From NCBI GenBank assembly GCA_033442325.1, contig JAWQFM010000005.1, forward strand, positions 1,799,665 through 1,863,664: a stretch of 64,000 nucleotides of DNA, in the 5' to 3' direction. The translations under genes were made by a program, and so were the position numbers. A model generated the notes under the pieces. The model ran no database searches, was not told where the DNA came from, and saw only the letters and a program-made list of their open reading frames with translations. Origin of the DNA: Salpingoeca rosetta (taxonomy: Eukaryota > Protista > Choanoflagellata). Below are positions 48,097 to 60,740 of this stretch, one piece after another (position 1 is the stretch's first letter; the number at the start of each line of letters is the position of its first letter).

Positions 48097-48152
48097 GTTT
48101 TCGTCTGTTTGTGCGTCTGTTTGTTCGTCCGTCCGAGCAGTCACGGACGACC

Positions 48153-49543
48153 ATGGCGGACGATCAGAACGAGGGTGTCATCCGAGCGGAGGAAAGCCAG
48201 GATCGGCTCATGGACATGTCAGGTGCAAGGAATGCACATGCGTCGAACAAGCGCAGGCATAGGTCCCGTCCTCATTCTCATTCTCATCCCAGTCACCCAG
48301 AGCAAGACAAGAGCGCGAAGTTCTTGGAAATTCCTGTCTTCGACCAAGAGAAATTGACACCAAGTCACAACCAGGTCTGTTGTGCAACCCTGAACCGATC
48401 CAAGTGTCAACATGTACCATCATCGAGTGCACCATTTCGACGAACCACAGCGGCTTGTGTGCCTCCCTGTGTCCGTGTCTGTCTGTGTTTGTGGTGTGTT
48501 CCTGGCACATCCATGCAATTGCCAAGTTCTCAAGCCTCATGTGATACAACAATCACTCCTGCACATGTTGCAGGTGAAGAAGAAACTCGATGACTTTGCA
48601 GGCGAATGGTGCGTCAGGAAGAACGGCTGGTTTGCGTGGTTGATTTGCTAGATTTGCTCTGCTGTATCATTCCAGCATTCCGATCCCTCGTTGCTTCCGT
48701 TTGTGGTTTTGGACTCAACCCCACGTCATGCAACATAAGCTGGACACACCAAGACCATTCCTGGGCCCCCTCCTTCTTCTTCTTTTCCAAAATCAGCACC
48801 ACTTGCTTGCTTGCGCTAAACACGAAACACCCACGTGGCATCTTTCCTTCTCGGGCACGTGCTGTCAGGGCGTGGCCCGCGTACGGCCTCGCATACTTCG
48901 CACTCATTGATGTGTACTTCGCCCCGTTTTCTCTTCACCCTACTTGTCCGTAGGTTCGGCCTGAGCGCAAGCCGTGGCATCACCAATCCTGCATGGGGAG
49001 TCCTCAACCTGAAAGGCAACACACACCAGGTTCGTTGGGTGATTGCGAGAGCAGACATTGTCATGTCTCTCTCGCTCTAGTTCGACGGCGCTTCTCTCTG
49101 TCATGCCAACGAGCCTTGAGTTGCTTCAACTGTCTTACGTTCTGTCGCTTTGCACAACACGCCACCACACTCGTCACACCTGCACCCGTTTGGCTTGCAC
49201 GTGCCTCACCTCCATTGCTTTCTCCTTTGATCCCGGCTGCCTTGAAGGCCCCATTTGTGTGTGTGCCGCGCGGTCCAGCCGACGACAAAAAGCCTGCTCG
49301 GCCGATGAACACCGTGTCTTTTGTGAGAGAAGTTGTCAAGAACCATGCAGGCGCCAGCTACGAAGACCCAAGTCTCATCCTCAGCATCACAGGTGGTGCC
49401 GACAGCCTCCACTTGCCCCCACGCATGGAGCGTGCGCTGACGCAGGGCATTCAGCAGGCTGCCCTTCGCACCAAGGCCTGGGTTGTTTCCGGTGGCACCA
49501 ACGTCGGTACGTTTTGCGTGCCTGCGTGGGTGTGCCTGCGTGC

Positions 49544-49595
<52 letters not shown>

Positions 49596-49894
49596 CATTG
49601 GCAAGACGTTGAAGCATCACTTGCTTGCCAGCTTGCCAGCTTGGACAATCACCTCTGCCCCATCCTGCTTTCTCAGGCCAGATACACACACACACACTCA
49701 CACATACACACACGCACACATCACTGTGTCCCTCGTAGGCGTCATGCGCCTGACCGGTTCCATCATGCAGTCAACTCCACGCCGACAGGGAGACTTCAAG
49801 CCACCCACCATCGGCATTGGTCAGCATTCACGTCCGCGTACACGCACACATACACACACACACACCTGCAAATCCTCACGTACTCACACACTCA

Positions 49895-49954
<60 letters not shown>

Positions 49955-51158
49955 ACAATCTCCCCCATTCTTCAACCGCGAATCGAACTTGCAGCAACCT
50001 ATGGCGTTATCCGCGATCATGACTTACTGCATCCGGACGACGTGAGCGCTTGCACCATGTCGTATTCGGGCTATGCCCTGCTGTGCTTTCGGTGTTATCT
50101 AAGCGCAACTCACATCCCGTCACTTGAACTGCCACCCCTGACACCACACGCAGCACGCGACTCCAGTTCATTACGACTCTCGCCAGAGGTCCGTGCGTTC
50201 GTCGAAGAGGAAGGAGAAACAGCAGCAGGCACAGCCAAACTCTGCGCCGACAACCCACGCTCCGCCAACAGCCAACGCCGATTCAACCAGAAGCGCCACA
50301 GCCGCCCCCAACGAATTTGCTGAGACAGAGTTTGCTGAGACAGAGTTTGGAGATTCAGCGTATGGGTTCAACGATGAAGAGGGCGGCAAACCTACCGCTG
50401 CCAGCAGTGTGGCCCAAGCTGATGCCAACGAGAAGAAGCAGCAACCACACGGCGGGCAAGCTCCTCCTGGCCGCCCCAAATACAACACATTGTTCGACAA
50501 GGATGATGTTCAGCCCGTTCCGCTGGATCCAAACCACGACTTCTTCATTCTGGTTGACGATGGCACCGACAATAAGTTTGGCGGCGAGATTGAGTTCCGC
50601 GCAGAGTTCGAGAAGGTGCGCTTAATTGTGTCTCTTAGTGTGTGTGTGTGTATGTGTGTGTCCTTGTATGGGTTTCTGTGGTGTGTTTCTGTTTGCCTGC
50701 CTATTTGTCCTTTTGTTTGTGCGTGCGTGCGCCTGTGCACGCTTTGTGCATGAGCTTCCAGTTGTTCCTCTTGTCCACCCGAGCAGCCTGGTCTGCCAAT
50801 CCTTTTACTCAAATCATTTACGAACACACGCATCCTGTTCCTGCGCCAAGGCTGCAAAAGGCCGCTTCGACTGTCCCGTGGTCACGGTGGTGATCCAAGG
50901 TGGGCCTGGTACCCTGAATACAGCCCTCGAATCAGGTCAGACATCCCCTGTCTGCTAGCTTGTCGTGTCTCACCCGTTGTGACGGTAGTGGTGTTGTCAG
51001 GCTGTGTAAAGGTTGCCTGTGAGGGGATAATTTCATCGGTTGCACTGAGGAAAGAGCGGCTTTTTCGCTGAAAGCTTGCATACCAGCCAATGATGCTCTG
51101 TTTGCTGTTGTTCAGTTGATTGCTGACACCCAAACGCCACCCCCACATGCACGGTGTG

Positions 51159-51204
<46 letters not shown>

Positions 51205-53296
51205 ATGTGTGTGTGTCTTGCTTCTTTGTTTCACATCAGTTCGAGCGCAGACGCCGATTGTGGTCGTGGAGGAATCCGGCCAGACTGCGGACGTCCTCGC
51301 CTACGCTTACAACTTCATGCACAGCCAACTGTAAGTCGGTTCGGTTGGTGGTTGAGAGACTCGAGCGGTACCTGTCCGGAAACATAGTTGCGGTGCACAG
51401 GACAAACACAGGGGTCAGAAGAGAAGGCGAGAGAGAACCCACATGCACATACACACACTTGCACATGCACACATGCGCACCCACACATACACTCATAAGA
51501 CATACAGCACTCAAGAGCTGAGTGGTTTCAGGCAATCACTCATATCGAACGCCTTGCTTCTGCTTCTGCCTGCTGCAGGTATCGACACACGAGCTACACT
51601 CTCAACGCCCTGAGGGAAATGATCAAGAAGGCATTCAAAATCGGAGAAACCAAGAAAGTGAACACGTTTCTCGAAAAAGTGCTGGAATGCGTCCAGCACC
51701 CAGGCCTCGTACGTTACCGTAACGGCAGGATGATGTTGAAACCGTGACGCTTTTTCCTTGTTTTGGTGCTTTCGTCGTCTCATGTCCCTCACCAACTGTG
51801 ATGTGATGTGGCTGTGACACGACCCTGGTTGCTTTCAGGTGGTTGTGTACAACCCAAACACCAGTGGCCTCGATGCTTTCGACAAGGCCATTCTGCAGGT
51901 TCGTTGTGCGTATGCGCTGTGTGTACGGTTGTGTGTGTGTGTGTGTGTGCGTGCGTGCGTGTGTGTGTGTCTTTATGAGTGTGTGTGTTTCCTGTGTGGT
52001 TACCTGCCTGGCTGTATGTGCATGTCGCAATTGTTATTAAGTGGCATCGCGCTTGACGTCACATCCTGTGCACCTTCCATCTTTTCCACGTTACCTGACA
52101 CCCTTGACATCACCTCCTTTTAACTCTCCACTGTATCTTCCAGGCCGTGTTCAAGACAGAGAATGCAAGCCTTCTCAACAAACTCAAGCAAGGTGCGTTG
52201 TTGCCTCGCGAGTCATTTGTGGGACTGTGAATGTGCGACGATGAAGAGCACACACGCTTCCACATACTCTCTCTCTCTCTCATGCCTGCTCACACTCACA
52301 CTCGCACGTTTCACACTCACGTTGTGGGAATACACCCATCCAGCAATGTTCTTTGACAACATCGACATTGCCCGCAACGCGCTCCACACTGCAACTGAGG
52401 TGTGTCATCTACCTGTGCCTGCCTCTGTGTGTGTGCGTGCGTGCGTGCCAAGTGCTGATGAACACGGTTTGTGACATCTTCACTCCTTTTCGCCCAATGT
52501 GTCACCTTTCACACCACTGTCCTCGCCCATGGCCAACACGTGCACAGGCTGAAGTCGAGGAATGCATCAACGACAACCTCCTGTATGCTTTGCAACACAA
52601 CAAGCCCGACTTTGTGGAGCTTTACCTGTCGCATGGCGCTCATTTCTGTGACGTACGTCGTCGAACCATGTACTTTGTTGTATGTTGAGTGGATAGGTGT
52701 TCGTTTGTGTCTATGTCTCTGGCTGGCTTTGTGTGTGTCTGCGTGTCTGTCTGTGTGTGTGTATGCGTGCGTGTGTGTATGTGCGTGTGTCTGGTTGTCT
52801 TTGTCTGTCTGTCTCTCTGCCTGTCTGTGGCAGTGCACTGGTCGCGTGCTTGTGGGTTTGTTTTGTGTTGTTTCGAACACCCGCAAGCACACAACAATCA
52901 AGCTAACGGCACATGCGGTGCTGTCGTCCATATTCAGATGCAGCTCCCGTCCGAGCACCGAAACCTGGAGAATGCACCTGAAAGCTACAAGGACGCGAAG
53001 CGCCCTTCCACAACGTCATCAAGTGGGAAGCGCCAACCATCCCAAGGCACTCAGCAGAACCAGCAGCAGCAACGAGAAGAGAAGACGGGGGAATCAGAAG
53101 AACAGTCCGAGCAACAGGCCCTCGTGTGGCCGCATGACTTCCAGTTTGTGGTCAAGACGCTGTACGAGGTACGTACTTGCGCGTTCATATGATTGTGGGT
53201 GGGCATGTTGGAGTGTGCGCACCTATCGCGTACCCACATCCGCCATTCGTTTGAATCACACACACGCACATCGAGTGCACACACGCACATCGCGTG

Positions 53297-53371
<75 letters not shown>

Positions 53372-56356
53372 GCACAGAGATATAATTTTTTTTAGGGAGA
53401 GAGCTGAGAGGGACAGTACTTTTTTTTTTTTAAATAGACTATGTTAAAGCATATTCTGACACGATTTTTTATTTTTTTTTTATTTTTTATTTTTATTTTT
53501 TTTTTTTTTTATCTTANNNNNNNNNNNNNNNNNNNNNNNNNNNNNNNNNNNNNNNNNNNNNNNNNNNNNNNNNNNNNNNNNNNNNNNNNNNNNNNNNNNN
53601 NNNNNNNNNNNNNNNNGTGTGCGTGTGTGTGTTGAGCGTGTGTGTGTGTGTTGAGTGTGCGTGCTGCGAACTCTCACCTCTTGGCTCACACATAAGCGCA
53701 TGCACAATTCACAACGTATTGCGCACACACACACACACACATTGTCACGTGGCGCACGTTTACTCGCCCCAACACATGCACATACCCACAACAAAACAAA
53801 TGCAGCCCCAAGCGCAGCTGGGAAACACACACGAACCCGACCTTCAGGCGCCTGATGAGCAGGAAGCTGAGCAAGTCGGCGTTTCACAAGAGCATTGACA
53901 CTGCCATGCAGAATCATGTCGATTTGTCCGCGGAGGAGCACGCACGCCGTGAAGAGGAAGCAACACACGTCCTCTTCGTAGGTTACACTGGACACGAACG
54001 CACCAATTCTGCCCATGCAAGCTCTCACGCTTTCGACTTCTGGACTGCAAGTTGAGATGCACACACACACAGTCACACATAGTCACACACACACAGTCAT
54101 ACACGCACACAGTCACATACAGTCACACATGCTCGGTTTTCTGCATCCAATTCACTCACTTCTGATGTGCCCGTTTGCTTGTTGGAATAATGTTTTGGCT
54201 GGCTTGCAGTTTTGGGCCGTCGTGACAGACCAGCTTGAGTTGGCGTGCCTGCTATGGCACCGCCTCCAAGCACCGATTTCGAACGCCCTTCTTGCACGCC
54301 ACATCCTCCTCCGTCTCACGCAAACGCAGGCTCTCAAAGGCTCTCACCTGGAAGAGGAGCGTGAGAACATGCGACAGCATGCAGCGTACGTTGACACATG
54401 TGCAGTCAATGTGCTGCTTCGTTTGCGTCAGCGTCTTTGCGTCAACCAAGTTATCCGCAGCAAATGCAGGCACTGGCATTCTTTTGGTTTGACGTTGTTA
54501 TGGCGTGTGTGCTGATCTGCTACGCGTACAAGCGGCTGTCTCACCCAACAAGCTGCGCGGTTTCTTGTCTATTATCTGCAGTCACTTTGAGACGCTAGCC
54601 TTGGGTGTTGTCAAGGAGTGCTACAACGAGGACACGGAGGAAACAGCAAGCCTCCTTGCCCAGAAGGACAACGTGACGGGTCGCACCCCTGTGCAGGTGT
54701 GCGTGTGCGTGTGCGTGCGAGTATGTGTGTACGTATGTGTGGGTGTATCTGTGTGTCTGTGTGTGTGTCATACGCATCTTGTCCAAGGCTTTCCCTCACG
54801 TGTCTTGTTTGTGCGACATTGGCACCCTGGACCAGATTGCGTATGATACAAAGGCGAGCGAATTCTTATGTCATGCCGCCACACAAGTGGCCATCAACGA
54901 CACGTGGTACGGAGACTTGGCCCCTTCCATCAACTTCTTCACGGTGAGACAGCCTCGATTTGGACTTGTATGATGACGCCACGGTGGCAGTGGTGGTGCC
55001 AATGCATACGCTGGTGGTTGTTGTGATGCGTATTGTTTTATTGTGTGCTGCACGCTGCTGTCCTCTAAGCTTTGCTTCAGTGTGGTCAGACCGTTGGCAA
55101 ACCTCTGCTCATCTTGTACTCACGTCGACACGTGGTTTGCAGGTTCTTGTCGCATGCATCCTGCCCTTGTACCCGCTCTTCAAGTTCTTCCGTTTCCTGC
55201 CCCACCGGGCCAAGGTTTGGTTTGTTTTTGTGGCCAGAAGTGTGTTGTGTTCCAGCTCAGAATGCGACGTGATGTTGTGCCCCGCTTCGCAGCGTGTGTG
55301 GGAGCTGGAACTCACTGGCTATTTTCGTGCGCTGTACTTTTGGAATTGCAGGCGGACAACACGGGAAAACACCAAGCGCGGCAGTTCTTTGTTCAAAACG
55401 AAGACAACAACCGCTCGCTCTCCAATGAGGGTAGTGGTGACGAAGACAACAACAACTCGCCATCCAGTCTGGGTAACGGTGACAGAGGCAGCCACGCGTG
55501 GAGTTGTCGACCCTGGCTTCCGTCACGATCGTCGTTGACAAACGCCATCAAGTTTACACGCGCTCCCATCACAAAGTCAGTGGCTGTTGATGCTGTTAGC
55601 GGTGGTCGTGAAAGTGGTGTTGACGGTCGTATCTGCTTGTGTGTGAGGCTGTGAGCCGCTGCTGTTGCGTGCCTTTTGTTTCGGCTTTTGTCAGTGAGAG
55701 CACTGACCACTTCTTGTCACGCGATGTACACGCTATGCTTGCGGTTGCAGATTTGCATTTGACCTCTGGTCGCACCTGTCCCTCTGTGTGCTCATGTCCT
55801 ACTACGTGCTGGAACAACCGCAATCCACGTTGTCCAATGTCGAGTGGGTCCTCGTGGCGTGGTTTGCATCCCTGAGCTTGGAGGAGATCAGACAGGTGTG
55901 CATCGATGTTGGTCGAAGCGAATGTGTCTTGTTGAGCGCTAATGCGCTTGCGTCTGTATGTGTGTGTGTGCATGGTGTATGTGTGTGTGTGTGTGTTTGG
56001 TGTGTGTATGGTGTGTGTGTATGGTGTATGTGTTGCGTGTTGTGTATGTTTTTTTTTATTTGACTGGCAGCATGCTGGCTTCCAAGGCTGGTTGGTGTGT
56101 TGCTGTGAAGACTGTGTAGTCTTTGTGGTGTTAACGATAGCGACACAATGTTTGTGCACTTGAACCAATGCAGCTGCGATTCTCGAGCATTAGTGGTCGC
56201 TACTGGAAATACTCGTGGAATCTGCTTGATCTTGTCATCCTCGCCCTCTACTGGTCTGGATTTGCCATCCGCATCTCACAACCAGATGACAGCCAGTTTC
56301 AGGTGCGCTGCTCTCTGCAAATGCACTTGTTGTTGTGAGTTGTGGCTGTATGTATC

Positions 56357-56425
<69 letters not shown>

Positions 56426-56789
56426 GCCTGTGTTCTGTGTGCGCGTGCGCAATCGCATTCAACTGACGTCACATCACTCCAATGCCATTCGACCACCGTG
56501 AATAGACGGCAACAAAAGCTGTTCACGCGTTCCTTGTCGTTGGACTTTGGCTACGTCTCATGCGCTACTACGCCGTCAGCAAGAGGCTGGGGCCAAAGCT
56601 CATCATGATTGGACAGATGACCCGTGACATTTTCACATTCATCCTCCTCGTCGTCCTCTTTCTTATCGGTGCGTATCCACAGTGGGCTTGTGATGTACAA
56701 CCGTGCCGCGCGTTGTGCACAACCCACATACTGTGTTGGGTTTCCCAAGCAAATTGCTCACATTCACCCGCAAACACGTCCATGCTGTC

Positions 56790-56858
<69 letters not shown>

Positions 56859-56895
56859 CACACACACAACAACAACAACAACAACAAACAACAAC

Positions 56896-56975
<80 letters not shown>

Positions 56976-57178
56976 CACGCGTGCAGGTTACGGTGTGGCT
57001 GCACAAGTGCTTCTGTTCCCCCTGACGGAGTTCTCGGGCCAGAAGGTCATCAATGTGTTCTTCCGCCCCTATTTCCAAATCTATGGCGAAATTCAGCTTG
57101 AGGAGATTGCGCAAGATACGGACTGCATCGGCTTTTACCCTTTCTCTGCCTGCAGCCGCCCTGTGAGTCCCACCACAC

Positions 57179-57271
<93 letters not shown>

Positions 57272-58224
57272 ACGTGAGAGCAGTTTATTGCACTGGAACT
57301 GACACATGATACCAAGCAAGCCAAGGCGAAACAACCGCACACGCACACACACACACACACGCACACACACACAAGCCCACACAAGCCCACACAAGCATGC
57401 TAGCACGTATTCCAGCTCACAATCGTACTTTGCATTTGTCATCTTTGCAGGAAGTGCGCCTCGTGCCGTTCCTGCTGGCGGTGTATGTCCTCATCACCAA
57501 CATTCTCCTCGTCAACCTCCTCATTGGTATGTGTGTGTGTGCATGTGCATATGGATGGACGTGAAAGTGCTGTGTGCGAAAGATGTGCACGCCTGCAGCT
57601 GAGCAACTCCATTCGTCTCATCGCATCTCATCTTATCTCGTTTCACATTCGTCTGGTCTGTGGTTTCTCCTTGCCAGCCATCTTCAATGACACCTACAGC
57701 AAGGTGCAAGACAAGGCACTTGCCTTCTGGTATGAGCAGAACTATGGTACGTTCAAACGTGAACTGTGTAAACTCTTGACATACTGGTCGTGCATGTTTC
57801 GTTGTGGCTGTTGTGCACCAACACCCTTCGTCCAGATTGCACACCCACGCCACCTCCAACAAATTCGTTGTGTGCAACCATCCTTCCATCCTTGGTTCGC
57901 CCCTTTTGTCGCTCCAATCGAACATCTCCTGCCGCGATTCCTAACTTGCCTGCCATCTCTCTACTCCCACCCCATCTCCTCCCGTTCCTCAGAGTTACAA
58001 CTTGAGTACAACGACCGCCCGCTGCTGCCTGCTCCACTCATCTCCATTTCGCACGTGTGGCTGATGGTGTCGTACCTGGTCAAGCTTCCGCGCGACTGCG
58101 TTCAGTGGTGCAAGCGCCAACACGACAGCAAAACGGCCGACGCCACGAAGTCTCACCAAGGCGACAGCAACAGCAGTGCACGACATGAGGAAGCCGCTGA
58201 AGTCATCGAAGGCAATGGCGACGG

Positions 58225-58299
<75 letters not shown>

Positions 58300-58319
58300 C
58301 GACAACAGCCACGAGTACG

Positions 58320-58350
<31 letters not shown>

Positions 58351-59867
58351 CCATGCCTCTGGTGGTGGCAATGACAGAAAGAGCGACGACGACGAAGATG
58401 CGGACAGCGAGGCCAAACAACTGGCGGAGTGCCGGCGCTTTGAGAAGAGCAACATGGACAGCTTTCTTCAGCGGTTCAAGCAGGAGCAGCAAGACACCAT
58501 CGAAGCGCGCGCGCGCCGCAGCAACAACCAGCTGGAGGAGGCACAGGATGACATTCGCACCGTCATGGAACACGTGCGCGCCTTCCGCAACAGCCAGGAT
58601 CAGCTCATCTCGGAAGTCCGCAAACGCATCGATGCCGTTGCCAGCAAGGTGTGTGTGTTGTGTGTGTGTGTTGTGTTGTGTTGTGTTGTGTTGTGTTGTG
58701 TTGAGCGAGCCCGTGCGAAAGAAGAGGCACGAACATGCTCGGGTCAAAGACATTCACCAAGTCGCACACTCGCCCATTCTCTCCCACTCTCTCACATTTT
58801 GGATCGTGCATGGGCAGGTGCTTGATGCACCTGAGGGCACCAGCACCAGAAGGACTGAGCTCAAGCCGCCTCCACCAACTGCTTACAAAACTGGTGACGT
58901 CTACTACGATGACGGGCGAACGAAGTTTGTGCGCAACCTGGATCATGCACCAAGTGTTGAGCCTCATGAGCTTGGCCAAGACGAGAACGCGTCTTGGATG
59001 GACGAACCACATCCCGAGGGCATTGCATTTGACAAAGACGCAGGTGGCGTGTTTCGCCGGTCCCGCGTCCCGCCCGAGCCTGATTCTACTTCTGATTCGA
59101 AGCCTGATTCTGGGCCTGATTCCCACAACACGAGCAAGATGCCACTCAACCCCAAGGGGCCGACAGGCATCAAGGGTCGGGGCTTTCTCGGGCGCTGGGG
59201 CGTCAATTTGGCCGTGGATGCCGTGCTGACGCGGTGGAAGCGCAACGAGGATGGCACGGAGCTTGTGCGCGAAGGCAAGAAGATGCTCGAGTTTGTGGCC
59301 ATTCACCGGAAGAAGGACGGCGTGTGGGCCATCCCAGGCCGCTTTGTGAGGCAGGGGCCAAAGGACACCGATTCGGAAGACCAGATCAAGGCGCTGCTGA
59401 AGAATGAAGCGCTCATCACGCTGGTCACGGAGGCCGTGGACATTCACCAGGACAAGTACACTGACGACGAGGATGCACAGCAGGCCAGCATCAACGACAG
59501 CATTAGCGGCGCTGAGGGCCAAGGCGACGACAAGGAGGTACAGGGCGTGGAACTGTCCCCGCAAGAACGCGAGGTGATGAAGCAGCTGCGCAGGTGCAAG
59601 ATCAAGCAGTTTGAGCGCATCTACAGCGATGACCCACGCAACACCGACAACGCCTGGATCGAGAGCCAGTGCTTCAACTTCCACGACGAGAGTGGTCGCA
59701 TCAAGCTTCGGCTGAGCAGCAAGGCCGAGGTGGCCGACAAGGTGGCGTGGCTGCCGGTGATGAGTCACACGCGTTTCTTCGCCTCCCACCGGCATCTTCT
59801 GCACATGGTGGCCAACGAGCACGATGCCTACTGGCCCGTCGCTCACGATGATCAGGACGCCGAATGA
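48153..59867 (+). CDS. TRPM2: TRPM2-like cation channel (SLOG/MHR1-4, six TM helices, TRP helix, coiled coil, C-terminal NUDT9-H domain); ~25 exons; spans an assembly gap
   Basis: PSLILSITGGA..AALRTKAWVVSGGTNV|GVMRLTG..TIGI|ATYG; PLDPNHDFFILVDDGTDNKFGGEIEFRAEFEK; PVVTVVIQGGPGT; PIVVVEESGQTADVLAYAY; ALQHNKPDFVELYL; FWAV..LACLLW; S2-S3 LEEIRQ..WNLLD; LRLMRYYAVSKRLGPKLIMI; FRPYFQIYGEI; VLITNILLVNLLI|AIFNDTY; EYNDRPLLPAPL; PLNPKGPTGIKGRGFLGRWGVN..TRWKR..LEFVAIHRK..WAIPG..DDPRNTDNAWIES. Confidence 0.93.
53517..53616. other. Assembly gap (100 N) inside the TRPM2-like gene
   Basis: Run of N, preceded by a low-complexity T-rich stretch. Confidence 0.99.
56790..56975. repeat. (CAA)n trinucleotide repeat in a TRPM2-like intron, directly upstream of the acceptor at ~56986
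   Basis: Direct reading. The flanking exons join FLI|GYGVAAQVLLFP without it. Confidence 0.85.
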
Positions 59868-60357
59868 ATTGTTCGTGCGCGCGTGTGTGTGTGTGTGTGT
59901 GTTGTGTGTGTGTGTGCGTCTGCGTGTGTGTGTGTGTGTAGTATGTGTGTATGCATGTGTGCGTGTGTGTGTGTGTGTATGTTCTGTGTGCTGTGTGTAG
60001 CCCAGCTCGTGGCTTGGGTGTGCTTGTTCCAATGTGCCCTGCGTTCGTCGTTAACCCTTGCCATGTACGATGACGTGTTACACGCGCAGTACTGTGGATG
60101 TTTGTGCTTGGCTGTGTGTTTGGCCGAGTGCTTGTTGTGTTGTTGTGTTTTGTGCCTCTTGCACCACTTTGTTGCGTACCTCCCGTCCGTCCCCGCCTAA
60201 CCAACGCCATCGTTGTTGTCTTGTGTTGCTTTTGTTTGCTTGCACCTTTCGTTCCTTTCCATCCTTCGTTTGTTTCCGTACCAGTGAACCTACAAGTGTG
60301 ATTGAGAATGAGAGAGAGTGTGTGTCAACTGCGTGCGTGTGTGTGTGTGTGTGTGTC

Positions 60358-60437
<80 letters not shown>

Positions 60438-60530
60438 TCCGCAAGAGTGGATGTCGCCCTTCATGACGACTGACTCTATGCCGTGTACATTGTGTCCTCA
60501 CTCATGTCACCCTCCCTCCGTTCTGCTGCG

Positions 60531-60674
60531 CATGGCAGTGGTTGGACGGCTTGTGACTGGCTCAGCTGTTGGTCTCCTGTCGACATCGGTGCCAGTGTAC
60601 GTGGCAGAGCTCAGCCCAAAGGCGCTTCGTGGCAGGCTCGTCACTGCAAATCAGGTGTGTGTTTGTGTTTGTGT

Positions 60675-60740
<66 letters not shown>

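Noticed and set aside
53380-53516. T-rich tract as a retroelement poly(A) tail
   Set aside because: It abuts an N gap and follows a (CT)n run, typical of a low-quality read end. No element body or target-site duplication is visible.
56788-56985. Poly-Gln insertion in TRPM S5 suggested by ORF 56560-57309
   Set aside because: GT-AG splice sites (~56669 and ~56986) remove it and restore a continuous S5 helix.
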